DNA of 64,000 nucleotides from Lingula anatina (taxonomy: Eukaryota > Animalia > Brachiopoda), in contig CM120644.1 in assembly GCA_051362555.1 (NCBI GenBank), positions 8,440,954 to 8,504,953 of the forward strand. Direction: 5' to 3'. A program made the translations under genes and the position numbers. Positions 1-14,986 of this stretch are shown piece by piece (within the stretch, counting starts at the first letter, position 1; each line of letters opens with the position of its first letter). The notes beneath the pieces are model-generated. The model was not told the DNA's origin, ran no database searches, and saw nothing but the letters and a program-made list of their open reading frames with translations.

Positions 1-560
1 AGGAGGATAACCAGATCAACGGTGCGCGAATCGTTCGTGCGGGTTCTGCCGAGTCCCTGCTAGGTCATTCTAACCTCTCACTGCATGAACGGATACGATT
101 CACCGGGGATGGTATATATATATATATATGCTTTCTTTAACCTAGTGCATTATAGATACTAACTGAAGGTTTTAACAGGACCCATGTGGTTTCATAGATT
201 CTGTACTTTTTTTTCCACAGAGACAGTCTGTTGAAATTGTTTTATTTGAGAATTTTTTAATGGATTTTTAAAAACTGTACTTGTAAGTAAATTCATAAAA
301 TATCTACAAACTTCAAAGTAGAGTTTTGTATTACAAATCAAATCAAGTTGTTTTTCAATTTTTTTCTTTATTTTTATATTCACTTGTATGAATTAAATAA
401 CAAGGTCTGTTGAAGCCTTTGCAATATATGCATTTTCACTGATGATAAGATAGAAAACTCTCACTTAATAGACCATTTATTCTAATGAAGCTATCTTAAT
501 GATCACTGTCATGAATACTATATTATTATAGCTGCACAAACACCATGCATTATGATGTAT

Positions 561-618
<58 letters not shown>

Positions 619-3600
619 TGAAACACTGTATAAGTTTTGCTAAAGAAACCTTAGTCTTATAAACTTGAAAAGAAGGTACTTATTCACTCCTTGGCCCAAT
701 CATATGGAAAAAATACAAAAGAGGCCTAATGTGATGTAAATTAGTTGAATTATGCGTGACATCGTTCTGTGACAAGCCTCCCTCCCCCGGACACAATAAG
801 TTGACTTTCAACCAATTATGGGTCAATGTTAATTTGCTGCTTGACCCCCATGGCCTCTCTGTTGTGTGTAAAGAGCATTAGAGTGAGGTGCTAGCCTCGT
901 AATGGTTCAGGGCATGAAAAAGCAACATAGCACTATTGAGAATAACACACAGCACATGAACAGTGAAAGTTGACATTGTATTGAATTGCTTTGTATTGTG
1001 ATGTCACAGGCAGAGTTGACATTGCCTTGTACACACACACCCGGCTAGGTTTAATAAGACGGCTTGGCAAGGAGAGGCCAGAAGGCTACGTTTGTTGACT
1101 TTTTCCCCAACAATCAATTTCAAAGACATCACAGTAGAACAAATAGTGACAGCAAAGGGAGGGAACTTGTGGGGCTAATTAGGCATTAAGATAAATCTTG
1201 GCACTTTGAATTGCTCGTGCTGGCTGGTTTATGGAAAGTGAGGTATTCTTAGAGGGGAGAAAAGAACTTGTGGTGCACACACTTCTGGTGTTAAGCCAGT
1301 TCCTCTTTGTAGAGATTATTCCAGCTCAGGGGACCACATATTTTATACGTCTTCCAGGAATCATCTGTGTCAATTACGGGAGAACCTAGAGCAGTTGTTT
1401 TGTTCAGTGCAAATAGACACCGTGTGTGAAAGATGTAGTCAGTGCTCCAGTGTGGAAAATTTTATCACCAGAGGGATCATGCAACCCATCTTTTCTGGAG
1501 GAATATGCAGTCAGTATTGAGGCATAACACTTGTTAGACAAACTGCATTAAAGGAGCAGTTACCATGGTTGGTTTTTTCACTGAATATAGATATGCTCAG
1601 GACATGCAGGTTATGCTGAAGGGCTCATAAACTACCTGTGTCCTACTGGCCAAACCCAAACAATTTGAGATTGACCAGTCATTATTTAGCCAGTCACCTG
1701 TCTGGTGACCCAAACTGACCGATCTGACATTGATTATTATATTTGACCACTGGTCAGTAGGAGATATTCCCAATCGCCACTTGTCACAACTGATCCTCGG
1801 TGGTGTCAAAATGGCATCTGTTCTCCATGTGTCATTTGGAGAAACTGTCACCTACTGGACATGTCCCAATGACTGTAAGTAATAATAGTGTCATTTTCAT
1901 ACAGGCTGATTAGTTAAGATAATCTTTGCTGAAATTCTTGCATTTTGGAGTAGCTTTTAAATGAGCAGATATGTTCCAGCAAAAAAAAAATCGACAAGTC
2001 AAATAGAAATGGGCAAAATACACTCAATTATTTATAATTATAAACTATATTATATCTATAAATTGTCTGAGGCATCAGTGAGAAGTTGATAACCTAGCAT
2101 GAACACAGGTGTAGAAATCTGGCCTTGCAAAAAGTGCTTTCCTGTGATCTGAAATTAATACACAAGTAACTCGATTCAAATATAGGAAGCATGCATTATA
2201 GCTATAATGAATGAGTATGCATCAAGTTTTAACAGGCATGTTGTAAGCAGTGATGAAATAATACAGTGTATGCGGGGAGGGGTGGGGCTGATAAGAAAAA
2301 AAGGAAGTTTGACTAGCAGCATGTTGTGTAAGTAGACTGCGTCAACTGTATGGCAAGAGCAAACTCCAAGCTGTAAACAAAGCAGCCCTCATTCTACATA
2401 CTATACACTAAAACTAATGATGCATGTTTAACTAAATAATACACAGTCCTTCTTAGTTTAATAGCATTGTATTCAGGTGCATTTAGTCTGTTTGTTTAAC
2501 ACAGTTAAATAGTTTGGTTAACACAGTTTGACAGCTGTAGGCTTCTCAGTATGGACAACTCTGCTGTAGAGCACAGAACAAGTTCTAGTTTTTTGCTCTC
2601 TGCCAAGGAGCATACAGAAAGATAGCTATAGTAAATGTTTTTTAATGGTACCCATTCTTCACTTGCTTAAAATTTTATCAGCAGGATTTTAATTTTATTA
2701 TTAATAAAACTGATGCAATGTGATGCTGTCAGTTTATAGGTCACAGTGAGAATACAAAAAAAAAGGAAGCAAAGCCATACATCAAGAATACACATCGTAC
2801 CATAAATACCTTCAACAGCTTTGAAATTATTTGCGCTCTGTAGTGATTATTTGCTAAGTAACCCAAATATTTTGGGACAGAAGTGACAGAATTCATTGTT
2901 TTACTTGATGTAACTTGGAAATTGGACCCTGTTCATCTTCAGTATGTGAAGAATTTTCCATATTCAAATACCTTCCATATTAGAAAAAGACTAAACTCCC
3001 TACCTCTTTCAGATTCTGTACAATTCTTTGGGCACTTTCTGTATTTATTTCTTCCATAGTTAGGCTCAGGTCCTCTTTATTTTATTGTTTTGTAGTAAGA
3101 ACTAACATAGTACCCAACACAAAGTAAGCCAAGTAAACAAAATCATCTTATAAAAAATCTGATATCTTAAAATAACTAAGACAAAAAAATATACATCTTT
3201 TCCTCAATTTGCCTGATTTGAGATAACCTCAACCTTGACATACCATGACCTTTTACCTTGACCTATTTTCTAATCCAGTAGGTGGTAACAAGCAGGACTT
3301 TGGCCCTACCTTGGGGATGAAGAAGTCCAGTTCTCTGGAGAGTCTCCAGGCCATGGTAGAGGAAGTGGTCAAGGAGGAGGATGGAAATTACTGGAACCAG
3401 GGGACGGGAGGGGTCAGCAGAAGTCGCGGGTGCAATGAGAGTTTTCGCAATGCAGTGGATAGGTCATATGAAGGTCAAGTTGGTGTGGTGGCAGAGACAG
3501 TTCCCATGGAACCACGTAAGTTGGATTTTGTGATGAGAACAATGAAGTTAATGGCAGTAAAGTCGTTTAGGACTGAATTATCCCTTCAGGTAGCATCATT

Positions 3601-6600
3601 TTTATAAAGGTGGTCAGTAAATAACAAGGTGAAAAAAAATGTACTTTTGCACCCCTATGAATATCTGGTATTCAACTTAAAATAAAAAACCCAAGAATCA
3701 AAGAAACATGATATCTTGTGTATTTTGCAAAATTTATTATGTATGCCTTTATTTGCTGCAGTGGAGGAGGAAAGTTCAGAAGGAGGCTCTATTCGCCAGT
3801 CTGGTGGACGGGATTCTTTCAGCAGTAACAGCAGTGACCCCATGAGTGTGAACAGGAAGAAGAAAAAAGGAGGGCTGTTTAAGGGGCTAGGGCATATGTT
3901 TAGGTAAACTGTCCGAGTTTCTGGAATTTTTCAAAGTATTATGAAAAACTAAACTAACTTAAGTGAGAAATATTTTTAAGCAGACTACCATTTTGATGTA
4001 TTTTGGGTAATTTTAGCACTGCGAGGTATGATATTGCTGTTGTGCATAATTATGTTAGCAAACTCCTGCTGTAATCCTTATAAAGTTAGGGGAGGGCATA
4101 AAATAATTATTTACTTTCCGTGATGAAAAATAAACAAGATTACAAACAGCGTCGTTGACTGTAATAAATATTTTCATTTCAGGTTTGGGAAGCACAGAAA
4201 ATCCCTGGAAGATCGAATGCCCAAGATGTCGTCTGCAGAGATGCACCGCCAGAGAGAGCTGGAGAAACAAAAACAAGAACAGATGGAAAGATATAAAGCA
4301 AGGATTGACGCTCAACAGGAACAAGAAAGGTATTTTTGCACAGAGGGGGCTGAAAAAAGAAATTAGGTCATACATGCACTAAAACAGCAGTATGGAAAGA
4401 TTAACAGACACTTCATTTCTTCCTTTCTGATTTTTTATTTTCAGGTGGCTTGACATTAGGTTGACTGCATGGCATCCAGCTTAGACTTGAAGCTAAAAGC
4501 ATAAATACTAATCTTTTGTCCTTACTGAAAATAATGCTATTTATAGTTTTCCGTTATCAATGTGTTAAATGTACTTTTGGCAGACAAGAGGAGTTGCAGA
4601 CAGTTGACAATTTCATGCAGTTTTTCTCTCTTGACACGATGATTGTGAATGGCAGTGCACTGCTCAAAGTGTGTAGCTTAAATGTCAAATTCACTCAAAA
4701 CTAAGACATGGTGAACTACTTGCAAAATAAATGCTTTGCCATCTTTGGATATCTGTAATATACTCTGCATTTACTAACTCTTATTCAACTGATTTACTCT
4801 TATTCAATTGATTAACTTTTTCACAAACCTCAATCTTTCTTCAATATTTCTTTCTGCTTGCTTTGAAAGGACTCATGGCAAAAAGGTTCTTGACTCATGG
4901 TAGGTGGAGGGATGTGGTGGATATTTTGAAAAAGAAAAAAAGAAAAATGACTGATGCTGACTGTAGTTTATAATTTAGTTGAGTGTGATTTTGGTTGTTG
5001 AAAGAAAAATTGAAAGTAGACAATAGTTACAGCTACTGTAGCATGAAAAATTATTATACATCATGCACTTTAAAAAAAATTATATTGTTAACAAAGACCA
5101 CAGGTAAATGAATTTTTTTTTTTTTTTTTTTTTTTTGGGGGGGGGGGGGAGGGGGAATTGTGTAGAATTAGGCCTCAGTATACAGAACAGATAACCGTGA
5201 CACTACCACAGTTGTAACAAAACCCAGTTCCAGCATGTTTCGCACGAGCTTTTTAAGTCCTGACACTGGGCACGTCAGTTTCTTCATGTTTTAACTTCCA
5301 TTCATGTATGCACAGATTACAAATGTGCATCCAGAATTTCATGATTCCCTAGAAGACGAAAAGATAATAGATTGTGAAAAAAACAAACTGCAAGCTTCAA
5401 TCAAACACCCAGCTCAACCAGTGGGTGGGTAGGAAAATTTGAAAATGAAGAACTAAGTCCACATCGACTCTAGAAATTGGGTTATATGGTTTTTATTACA
5501 AGTGTTGCAGTTTGTATTAAAGACTACAAATCATGTGTGTTCTTTGTGGTAAAGTCTGATGCATGTGCATGTTGTGTTTTGTGGTGAATTGGTGTTATAG
5601 TGAGGTGTTGGTCATGTTCACACCAAGATCACCTTAGATATAAGACAGACTTATTGACATCATCAGGCAAACATGATACACAAATGTCCTTTACTTTAAA
5701 TCCTAAAAGATCTCAAAAGATATATTAAGCTGTACGGATTCAAAAAGCCACTGTTAGTTTACGGTTTTATGTCTCACTGTCTTGTATTTATTTCATCTGC
5801 ACTGGTATAGGAAGTTTGTGGAAAAGAATTAATATAGACTTTGTGAAACTGGACCCAGGTCATCTGATGATGTCATTTAGGGTTGTTTCAGTGTAAGTTG
5901 ATTCTGTTGTGAACATGCCTGAAATGCTGTGTTGTGGTTATAGTATGTCTAGTGTCCATGGTAGCTTCATAATGTGTTTGAATACTTAAGAGTAAAATAT
6001 ATTTTGATGATGCTTTATGATCTATTTATTTATGTGATTGTCTGCTTATTCTAGGATACAAGAACAATATCGCAAACTCCAGGAAAAGCAGAGGCAGATG
6101 GAGAACCAGAAGGCACAACAAGAGCAAGACATGATGTCTCGGATGGAGAGGCAACAACGGAGCATGCCAGCAAACTTGCCCACAACACGAGCAGAGAGAA
6201 TTCAGCAGCTACGATCGGAACACCAACGGCGCCATCGTGAACGCCATGGCCAGTATCCAATGGAGGAGCAGGAAGAAACCTACGAACGTCAGATAGTTGA
6301 AGATGAATATAGGGTAAGTTTTTTAAAAATTGGAACTTTATTTGCTAAAAAAAATTGTTGCATTTAGTTTTGTAGGATTTTGAAATTTATTTCTTTGTCG
6401 TGGTAGAAGATTTAATGTAAGGGCTTGAAATGAGTATTGCATGCTGCATATAATAATGTTATTTTCACTTCCATTTTGTATTTAATGTCGAAGAAATTAC
6501 TGCTCTTTGTGTAGATGGCATTAATTTTGCAACTCAAGTGTTTTTAGAAGAAATGTAGAATTAATATTGTCCTGATGCATGTCATGGTTTGTATGAATTT

Positions 6601-9600
6601 ATGGTGAAATAATCTGCCCAGCAGTTCCTCTTGGGCTTTACTAATAGAAATCTCTATCTAATCCCAATCATAAATAAATGGAATTGATTGAGCATGCTGT
6701 ATACTGCTGTTTAAATGCAGAAAATGACTGTGGAAAAACGTTGATTTGTTGACAAATTGGTCTGTGGGATGTTTAAACAAGGAAAGCATTAGACTGGGGA
6801 TTGGTCCTTCTTCATCAGACTATTCTGCAAGATTTGTAATAAAATATATTTAGTGAAAGAAAAGTTTGGCTGTTGAACCCTTAAGAGAAATGAAACCTGT
6901 AGCACAGAAGTTAATGGAGACTTTTTGGAATTTGTCTACAGAGACTATGGAATGTAATCTGCTTCATTGATGAAATGAGTTAGACCAATTTCTAGCCTAA
7001 ATTTTGTTGGAAATTGGCTTTGGGAATAGTAAGGGGGTTGCTATGGAAGTTAAAGTTTTGTGTAATTGCCTGTGCATGTTACTTTCAAAATGTTATAGCT
7101 TTGTTAAGTATTGTTGTGAAGCAGGTAAATTACTTTGTAAAAAAAAAAAAGAAAGAAAAATAATGTTTAAGAAGGCAGCAAATTCCTCAAGATTTTGTGC
7201 ATATCAGAGCTGTGATGGTACAATAACATTGAGTTTAGGTAATGTTGGTGCCAATTATTAGCTCAACAATAAATTCCAGTCAAATATGAAATTTACTTTG
7301 ATACAGTAGTTTGCCTGTTTTACCTTTTAAGATATAAGATAAGAAAAATATGTTATTCTGCACTATTGATTGCTTAACATGTACAGCAGAAGATGGACCA
7401 AAATTATATAATAATTTGGAGAGAGAACAATTTGTTTCAGCTACCAAAGGAATTTATTAATTTATATTATTAAAAATAAATAAATAAAAGATGGCACTTT
7501 TAGGTTAACTGAAAACTGTTCATGTTGCAGTCTGTGCTGGGATGTTTGTAGGTGGATCATTGTGGTATTTATTTAATCATTACGTAACATATTTAAGGCA
7601 TGCAATTTTTGGACTTTTCACTTAGGAATACAGACTCTTCCACCCCTTAAGATCATTGTTCAGTATGTCTCGCTTCATAATATCAGACACTGTAAGATAT
7701 TATGTCTCAAAGTAAGTTTTTTGCCTGAAATGCAAGGCAGATGCCAACTCAAATAGCAAGTCATTCTGGGAAAATGACCATTTTGATATTATGGGATAGA
7801 GTAAAGCATGTTGGGAGTGGTTACAAATGGGGATGACACCAGGGTGATGCAGACTGAATGGTGATAAAGGAAGATTTAAGGACCTTGCTTATATGGCTGA
7901 TCATTTTAATGAGATCAATACTATATATATTATGGTGAATGCATATCTCTTCTTGGGTAAACTGGTTATAATGGTATTTAATTAGGAATTTTTTACTTTA
8001 ATCCATTTCATGAAAAGCTTTGCATCCCTTCCTTCTGGTTCACAGAACAACTGGGTTGGTTTTGTCGGAGTATATATGAAACTAAGAAGTGAAGGAACTT
8101 TTCCAGAAAGTCGCACCTGTTTCTTAGCGAACCAAAGATTATACATGTCAAAACTGCGGTGTTGTTTTGTAATTTGCTAAAATGTTTTAGAACAGTTGTT
8201 TTGTGACACAAAATCTCTTAGGTGATATGTATTTTTGGGTTGTGTGTTGACCAATTGGAGCAGGCTTATCCTCTGTCCCTTCCATCCCCCCCTCTCTCCT
8301 CTCCTCTAATAGTTTTGTCTAATGTTGGGTGTGGTTTCTTTGTGCTGTCATTGCTCTTCCAGTAACTATATTATATCATTCTCTTTCTTATCATTATCCT
8401 CTTAGTTTCCTACTGATGATGTAGCAAGTGGACATCTTTACTCTGACATGATGTTACAACTTATGACGGTGAGAAATGATATTGTTTATGTATGAAGAAG
8501 TCATTTTGTCTGGTATTAAAAATAAGTTGTACATTTTGATTTGTAAGTTCTTCGTAACAGAATTGTCTCCGGCACTATCAGTGGACACAGAATACTAATA
8601 TCTTAACTTATAACAGATGTTTAGAAAAGCTGTAATATATATAGTTTCAATATATGATTGCCATAAAGGTATTACATCCTGATGATTTTTACATGTTACA
8701 AATTAAGGTAAATGGTTACTCTGTTTCAAATATATTTTGTCATTATGAATGCATTTGGCAGCTAGGATGTATTGTTTCTACACAAGTTGGGCAGGTGTCT
8801 ATTAGTCCCAAATACGAATTAAAATGTGCAAGCATGGACAGTTCTCATTGTGTCAAAGAGATTTGTCTTCTATCATATTTAGTCGCATTTTGTTTCCATA
8901 ACATAAGAGTGTATATTGCTTCATGTAAACTTGTAAGTAAACTTTGAAGTGTGTTGATCATGGGTCTGAACATAGTGTGTGCATTTGATGCCAAGGCTGT
9001 GGTATTGCTTTCAGATTCCAGAACTCTCACAGGCTTGATATTGTTTAATAATATTTAAGACAATTCAGATCTGTGTTTCATGTATTGTTGTTCATTGGGC
9101 ATAACAACTTGTTTTCTATAACAAGCTTTACTGATCTTGGTGTCAATGTAAAATGTTTTTGAATGTGTTACATTTCTGATTTAATCGGGGATCATTTGCT
9201 GTCGTTTCCATGTTAACAGTACATTGTACAGTACAGCTGACATTGACACTTGAACCATTTCTCAGTCTCAATGTCAACTTGTCATTATTAATTGGTGAAA
9301 TAGGACAATTGGTATGGCTGTTGGGTTCTATCTGGTCATTCAGAGGAGCCCGACTTCTTTGCTGAAATCTCACTTGCAAAGAGAAAGAAACTTTAACGTT
9401 ACTGTTGTGTGCATGTATACAGGAACCAGATGGGACTTAATGACAGTGATTATTATGATTGGGTGATCTTGTTCTTAATGTTCGTGTTCAAAATGGAATT
9501 AACTTGGACTCAAAGTATTCAGTAATCATAAGTTATTATTATATGATCAAACTACCAAGCTGATGAGTATTTTTGCACATTATTTTACCTTATTTTGTGA

Positions 9601-11368
9601 GACTGTGCCCTGCAGGTGGCATTGGCTGCATTCACAACAGCAGACAAACTAGTCCGTGGATCAAATATGGCAGACCCACTTGAATGCTTGTTTCCTAATC
9701 CCCTATTCAGTGTCTGTTAGGGGATTAGACAGAAAGCTTTTAATTAAAGTAAGTTGACATATTTGATCTCCAGATTATTTAGTTGTTGTGAATGCATCAT
9801 TTAGGCAGTCCAAGTTATTTCCAGTTCTGAACACAGCCAGATGTGTAATGCCTAGGGTGGCAGTGTTTGTTATGCCTAACCTCTGTTTCATTAACACAAT
9901 TAACCCTTCCCTTACAGAAAAGTGGGCACCAGGGTCCTGTAGGTGGTAACGGGAATGGCGGTGCTAACTCGTACGCTTTGCCGCCAAGGCGAAAACCTGA
10001 TCCGAGGCCACAGTATGACAGGTAGTGGAGTTCTGGCGCAGTTTTTGCTGCTTTTTGCTGGCCATTTTGGAAATTGTAATGTATTGTGTGTTTGTCTTTT
10101 TGCATTGTGCAGTGTTACTGAAAATTTTGTGCATTAAAGTCATGGTGCCATGCATTGTTTTAACACATTGCCATATTGTGTATTGTGCATTGTGATCATG
10201 AACAGTGCAATGCACATGTACAGTATGATATAATTTTGTGATATTGCATTGTCATAACACATGGTGCATGGTTAAAATGTATTATACATTGTGATCAGGA
10301 AAGTGTACCAAGTCGACACAAAATGAAACAAGGGGGTATTTACATATGCCATTAAATTTCCTTTATTCTCGTCAACTTTTATTTTTTCGGTCAATTGTCA
10401 GTCAGATTAATTTAGCACATTATTCTAAAATTAACCCTAAAAGTATTCTTTATAGTTTCATTTATAATGTTTTCATAAAACTTCAAAACAAACTGCAGTC
10501 TTGCACTAAGGTAACTCTTGCACTCTAACAACAAACCTAAAATAATTTGTCTCCGTTGGAGCATTTGATGCCTGGGTTGTGTTGCACCTTGTAGTCAGCA
10601 GTTGCTGCTATAAAACCGAGCCATAAGATTATTGCTAAAGCAAAGGGGATTTTAGATAAACTACAAAGGCACCTGAACTCTGGGTAAATGTAGGACAAGA
10701 TAAATCAGTAACATCTAGCAGAAATGATGTGTAAATTATTATTATTTCTTTTGTCTCCTTTCAGACCGAGGTATGATTATTCAGATCCACAATATTACAG
10801 TCATTATGCAAATTACAATGAAATCCAAGAACAGTTGAAAAAACAGGATTATTACAGGGAAAAATACATGCAGTACCAACGGGAAAGACAGCAGCAAAAT
10901 CATCACCACCCTGGTCCTGCTGATGTTCAACAAAATGGTCGGGGTTTTATGCATGGGCCAGGACAGCATAAACCACAGGAAAACAACCGTGATGTGTATG
11001 GTCACCCCCATCATAAACCCCCAGAAAATAACCGGGGTGTTTACGGCCACCCACAGCATAAGCTGGACAATAACCGCGAGTCACTTTATGCACAAGTGAA
11101 TAAAAACAGAGACACAGGTTACAACCAAGGTCAAAGGTCATCAAGGTCACAGACACCAACAAACAATTTGGGTTACAGTCCCCATTATGCTATAAAACCA
11201 CAACCACAGAATTTACCAAATATTGTCCTGAACGATAACAATTTTGACTACGACGACCCCAGGCATGCATACACAGAGCATCATGGAGGATACGAGGCAA
11301 TTCCAAGAAGAACTTTGTCACAGAAACAATTGGAAGAATTAGCAATGTCAGGGTCAGCTCAAGTGTAG
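1..11368 (+). CDS. PARD3: Partitioning defective 3 (Par-3/Bazooka) polarity scaffold, 3' portion (5' end outside window)
   Basis: Phase-consistent GT-AG exons: <1-111, 3279(or 3282)-3515, 3762-3903, 4183-4329, 6055-6313, 9918-10021, 10765-11368 (stop TAG). The translation has Par-3 hallmark motifs FGPTLGMKKSSSLESLQ, SRGCNESFRNAVDRSY, KGLGHMFRFGK, a coiled-coil RIQQLRSEHQR region and SLYAQVNK. It ends GSAQV*. Confidence 0.93.
563..615. repeat. (CT)n microsatellite
   Basis: Perfect CT run in a par-3 intron. Confidence 0.95.
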
Positions 11369-14300
11369 TCCAGCAAAGCTAACAAAATGGCTGTCATTTC
11401 GGTTGTCAAAACAACAGTGAAACCCAGAAGCAGGGTGGCATTTCCACCATTGAAATACAGTGAAGCTAAAATGAGGAGAATATGTGAAGCTTTACACAGA
11501 AGTGGCCTGGTTTAAATAAAGTTTAATCTGATAATGTTTGATGAAAAGACATAAGATTTTTGCCAAAAAATGCATGAATGAAGAAAGAGCCTTTTCGAAG
11601 TTGTGAGCCTCTTGAAAGAGGAATGTCCCTTTCACATCTTGCGTTACACTTACCTGTATCAGAACAATTACACTAATCCAAATATGTACTTATCTATTTG
11701 TGTTTTTGCACCTTTTCACATGTCTGATTCCAACAAAAAAAAAAATCATAAATAACTCATTAACTGGTCAAGTCTAACATGGGGCCTCCGTTTACATGAC
11801 TCTGTTGTGTGACACCACTCTACAAATTTTTCAATCCCTAGATGTTCCAGTACACATTAGTGTAACACAAGATGTAACAGCCAAGGTTTAAAAGATCATA
11901 CATTAGTGTGCATGGATGTGATATTTTATGACAGAATATTGCTAAAAAAAATGAGTGATTTGTGTCTTATTCCATCCACTCGTGACATATTCAGGGACAG
12001 TTTTGTGGGTTGCTCAGGAAAGTAAAAGTAGTTTTTGTATTGTAATAGGATTTCAACATGAAAATAGACTAGTCTTCATACTCTGTGTATACTCTCATCA
12101 GACCCCTTATGTCATAAAATAACATGGCTCAAAATATGGTCCTAATATTTAGGTGAAAGTTAAAATCCAATTTGATCTATGCTCAATTTTTGAAAGGGAC
12201 GCTGATGAGTTGATGTAACTTGGCCTAAAACAAAAAAGGGCTAAAGTAATGAAAATGTTTTAAGTTGGGTTTAATTAAAAGTTTTATTGTGAAATTTGGC
12301 AGCTGTGAATATTTACATATTGTGAACAAACTATTAGCCCAAACTTAGAAATTGGTAAAATATCCACAAACAACACAAGCTTAAAACTTGAGTAGAAAAT
12401 TGAAATAATATCCTTAGTTTATGTTGAATGTACAAGAATGTCTCTGTCTATTTATATGTCTGAGATTTATCGGTGAAATTTTTCATTTTTGCATCATGAG
12501 TGAACCAGCAGCTAGCTAAAACCAACTTGTAAATCAGTACTTTAGGGTAATTTCAGCATTACATCATGATATTACTAAATAATGTTTCTTAATGGTGCAG
12601 AATTGCCATTTTGCAGTAGTTTAAGTTGATTATTGTGTAAATACCATCTGCATGTATTGTGTACATTGTTATGTGAAAACAAGCACATGTTCATCTGTGT
12701 AAATAAGTGCAAGAGCCACCGTGTGTGCCTTATCATTTGTAAACAAGGTATCACATAGCATTGAGCGAATGAAAAATAATGTGGCAGATGAATGTTAAAG
12801 ATAGCCTTTTTTTCAACCGATATTGTCCATGGGTTCATTATACATATGCGTCACATATCAAACATTCTTGAGTGATATTTCCATTGAACAATGGAGTTTT
12901 TGTAAAAAAAAATATTGTTGGGAGATATTTTTTACTCCTTTCTTTTCTATTCAAATGACCAAGTTATCAGTAAGTAACTGTAGCAAGATACAACAAATGG
13001 AACAAAATATGCAATACAAATTCGTCCACATTCATTCCCTGCCCCTGTCTGTAGCAGGTTTGCTATTGAAGACAGTTTTTATACATGGTGATATTAAATA
13101 CTGCGATTAGGGTTCATTTTGTCCACTTAAAAATCTTTTCCCTGTGTTTCATGTATGTACGTGCTTTTGCTCAAAATACACTGGTGGAAGATGCCCACGG
13201 GCAGTCACAATGTCAGGGTCGGGGATATTTATTGTGTATAAATGTCAAAGTAACTGATCTACTGAAAACAAATTGGAACTACAAAAATACAGGTATTTTA
13301 TTAAACAAGGGCCAGTGGAGAACAGTCTCTAATGGTCACGTGAGTCTGCTCGTGAACTCGTGATTTTACTGTTGCTATCTGTGTAAACGCTATGCGGCTT
13401 TGTCTGTCTCCATTTTAATTATAAATTGTAAGAACACTGGTTATTTGATCATCATTGCATTTAGATGTCCTCCTTCCTTCGTAAATGGATAATTTATATT
13501 TTGGATTCTTTTGACAGTTATGTTTATCATGTGTACTATAAACTGATTTTGGTTGGTTTAAAGAATCACGCATGTATAGATTAATGTATACGTTATCTTG
13601 TCCGTAATTAATTATTTTATCATATAACGTGCTGTAATCTAGTACGTTAACTCATTAAAGGCATATCCCTTATGTGAATTAGTAAATGGTACATGTGATT
13701 ATTTAAAAGATATCAATGGTTCATTTGGTGCAACGGTTTGGTGTCTTGATGAATCTGCTTAGATAAACATAACATATGCACCCCTCCATTTTTATACGGC
13801 AATACTAATATTTATATTTCTAACATTGAACTTGTATATTTCCAGCACTTGATCGGTTCTTTGTACATTGTTATCACGTGAACTGTGTCACGTGAGATAT
13901 ACCACGTGTCTCGTATAAAGGCGTTAAATTGGGTACTAAAATCAGTATTTTAGGTGTACTGTAAGCGTACCGAATCATTGCTAAATTTTGTATCTAAATG
14001 ATGATGGTAATAAAGTATCTTTAATAGAAATGAAATTGAGTTGCCCGTTTTAATAATGTAGGACGTTTGTCCTGGTCGACGAAAGCTTAATTGTGGAGTC
14101 GAGGAACAGAGTAAGATTGGAAAGACGCTTAAGATGCATACCAATGTACAGCTATGCACATTTCCTGATACGCATGCGAGTTAATTCTACCGGTTTCCTG
14201 AGCTGTTCAAGTAAATCCCATATTCCAACAGATAGCCTCAAATTAATTACCCTGAGTGTCAGAGCAACGTAAAAGCTAGCTTGTTAAATATACCTTGTGA

Positions 14301-14511
14301 TGGAGTCGCTTTTACTAGTATTGCTGATATGGGTTATATATGAAATCAAGATCGAGCTGGCAATAACGGAATCTAGAACCTAGGGTAAAATTAATCTATC
14401 GACTAGCAAAACAAGAAGATATTTCAATCCTTAACTTCAAATGTCTGGTGATAAACTTGACCTACTTATCCGTCCCTCCATTTCGCAGTGATGCGAAAAT
14501 AATGAAGTACC

Positions 14512-14606
14512 CCGGTGTAACGAAACTGAGGGTCCGTGTAACAGAAAGTCTACCCTCCATATAGTTATAATGGTTAGGGTTAGCCTGACTTTAGTGGGCA
14601 AAATCC
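14512..14606 (+). mobile_element. Ginger-type element terminus (CCGG|TGTAAC...) with GGTTAGGGTTAG motif
   Basis: Starts CCGG-TGT. A near-identical ~90 bp copy lies at 29788-29876. The partner end was not identified. Confidence 0.5.
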
Positions 14607-14986
14607 CCCAACCCACCTACCCAAGTCGGGATCGAAGTCACAAAATAAATGTGGGCTTTTTAAAGATAATATTTGCATAACTTTATTTTGTCTTGCATCC
14701 TTTTCTGACACCTTTATCTAGAAGGGCAAAAATGATATAATCGGACAAGTTGAAAGCATGCAAATATTAACGAGTGTGTTTGTGTGGAATGACTCGTTTG
14801 TTAACTGTGATTGTGATAGATGTGAAGCAGTTTGCAACATTGGCAGACTGCATGGTCGTTAATCGCTTAAGAAAAGTTCCCAATCCACCTTTTTACTGTA
14901 CAATAAAGCAGACAACATAGGGAATATTTCATGTTGATTCGAATCTCATCTTACACGCGATCGGCCACTTACGCTCTTTGTTTTAA

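Noticed and set aside
1597-1851. 84-aa minus-strand ORF in a par-3 intron
   Set aside because: No recognisable domain, a non-ATG start and no supporting splice structure.
14571-14584. GGTTAGGGTTAG as an interstitial telomere
   Set aside because: Only two units, and they are embedded in a dispersed repeat also found at 29.8 kb.
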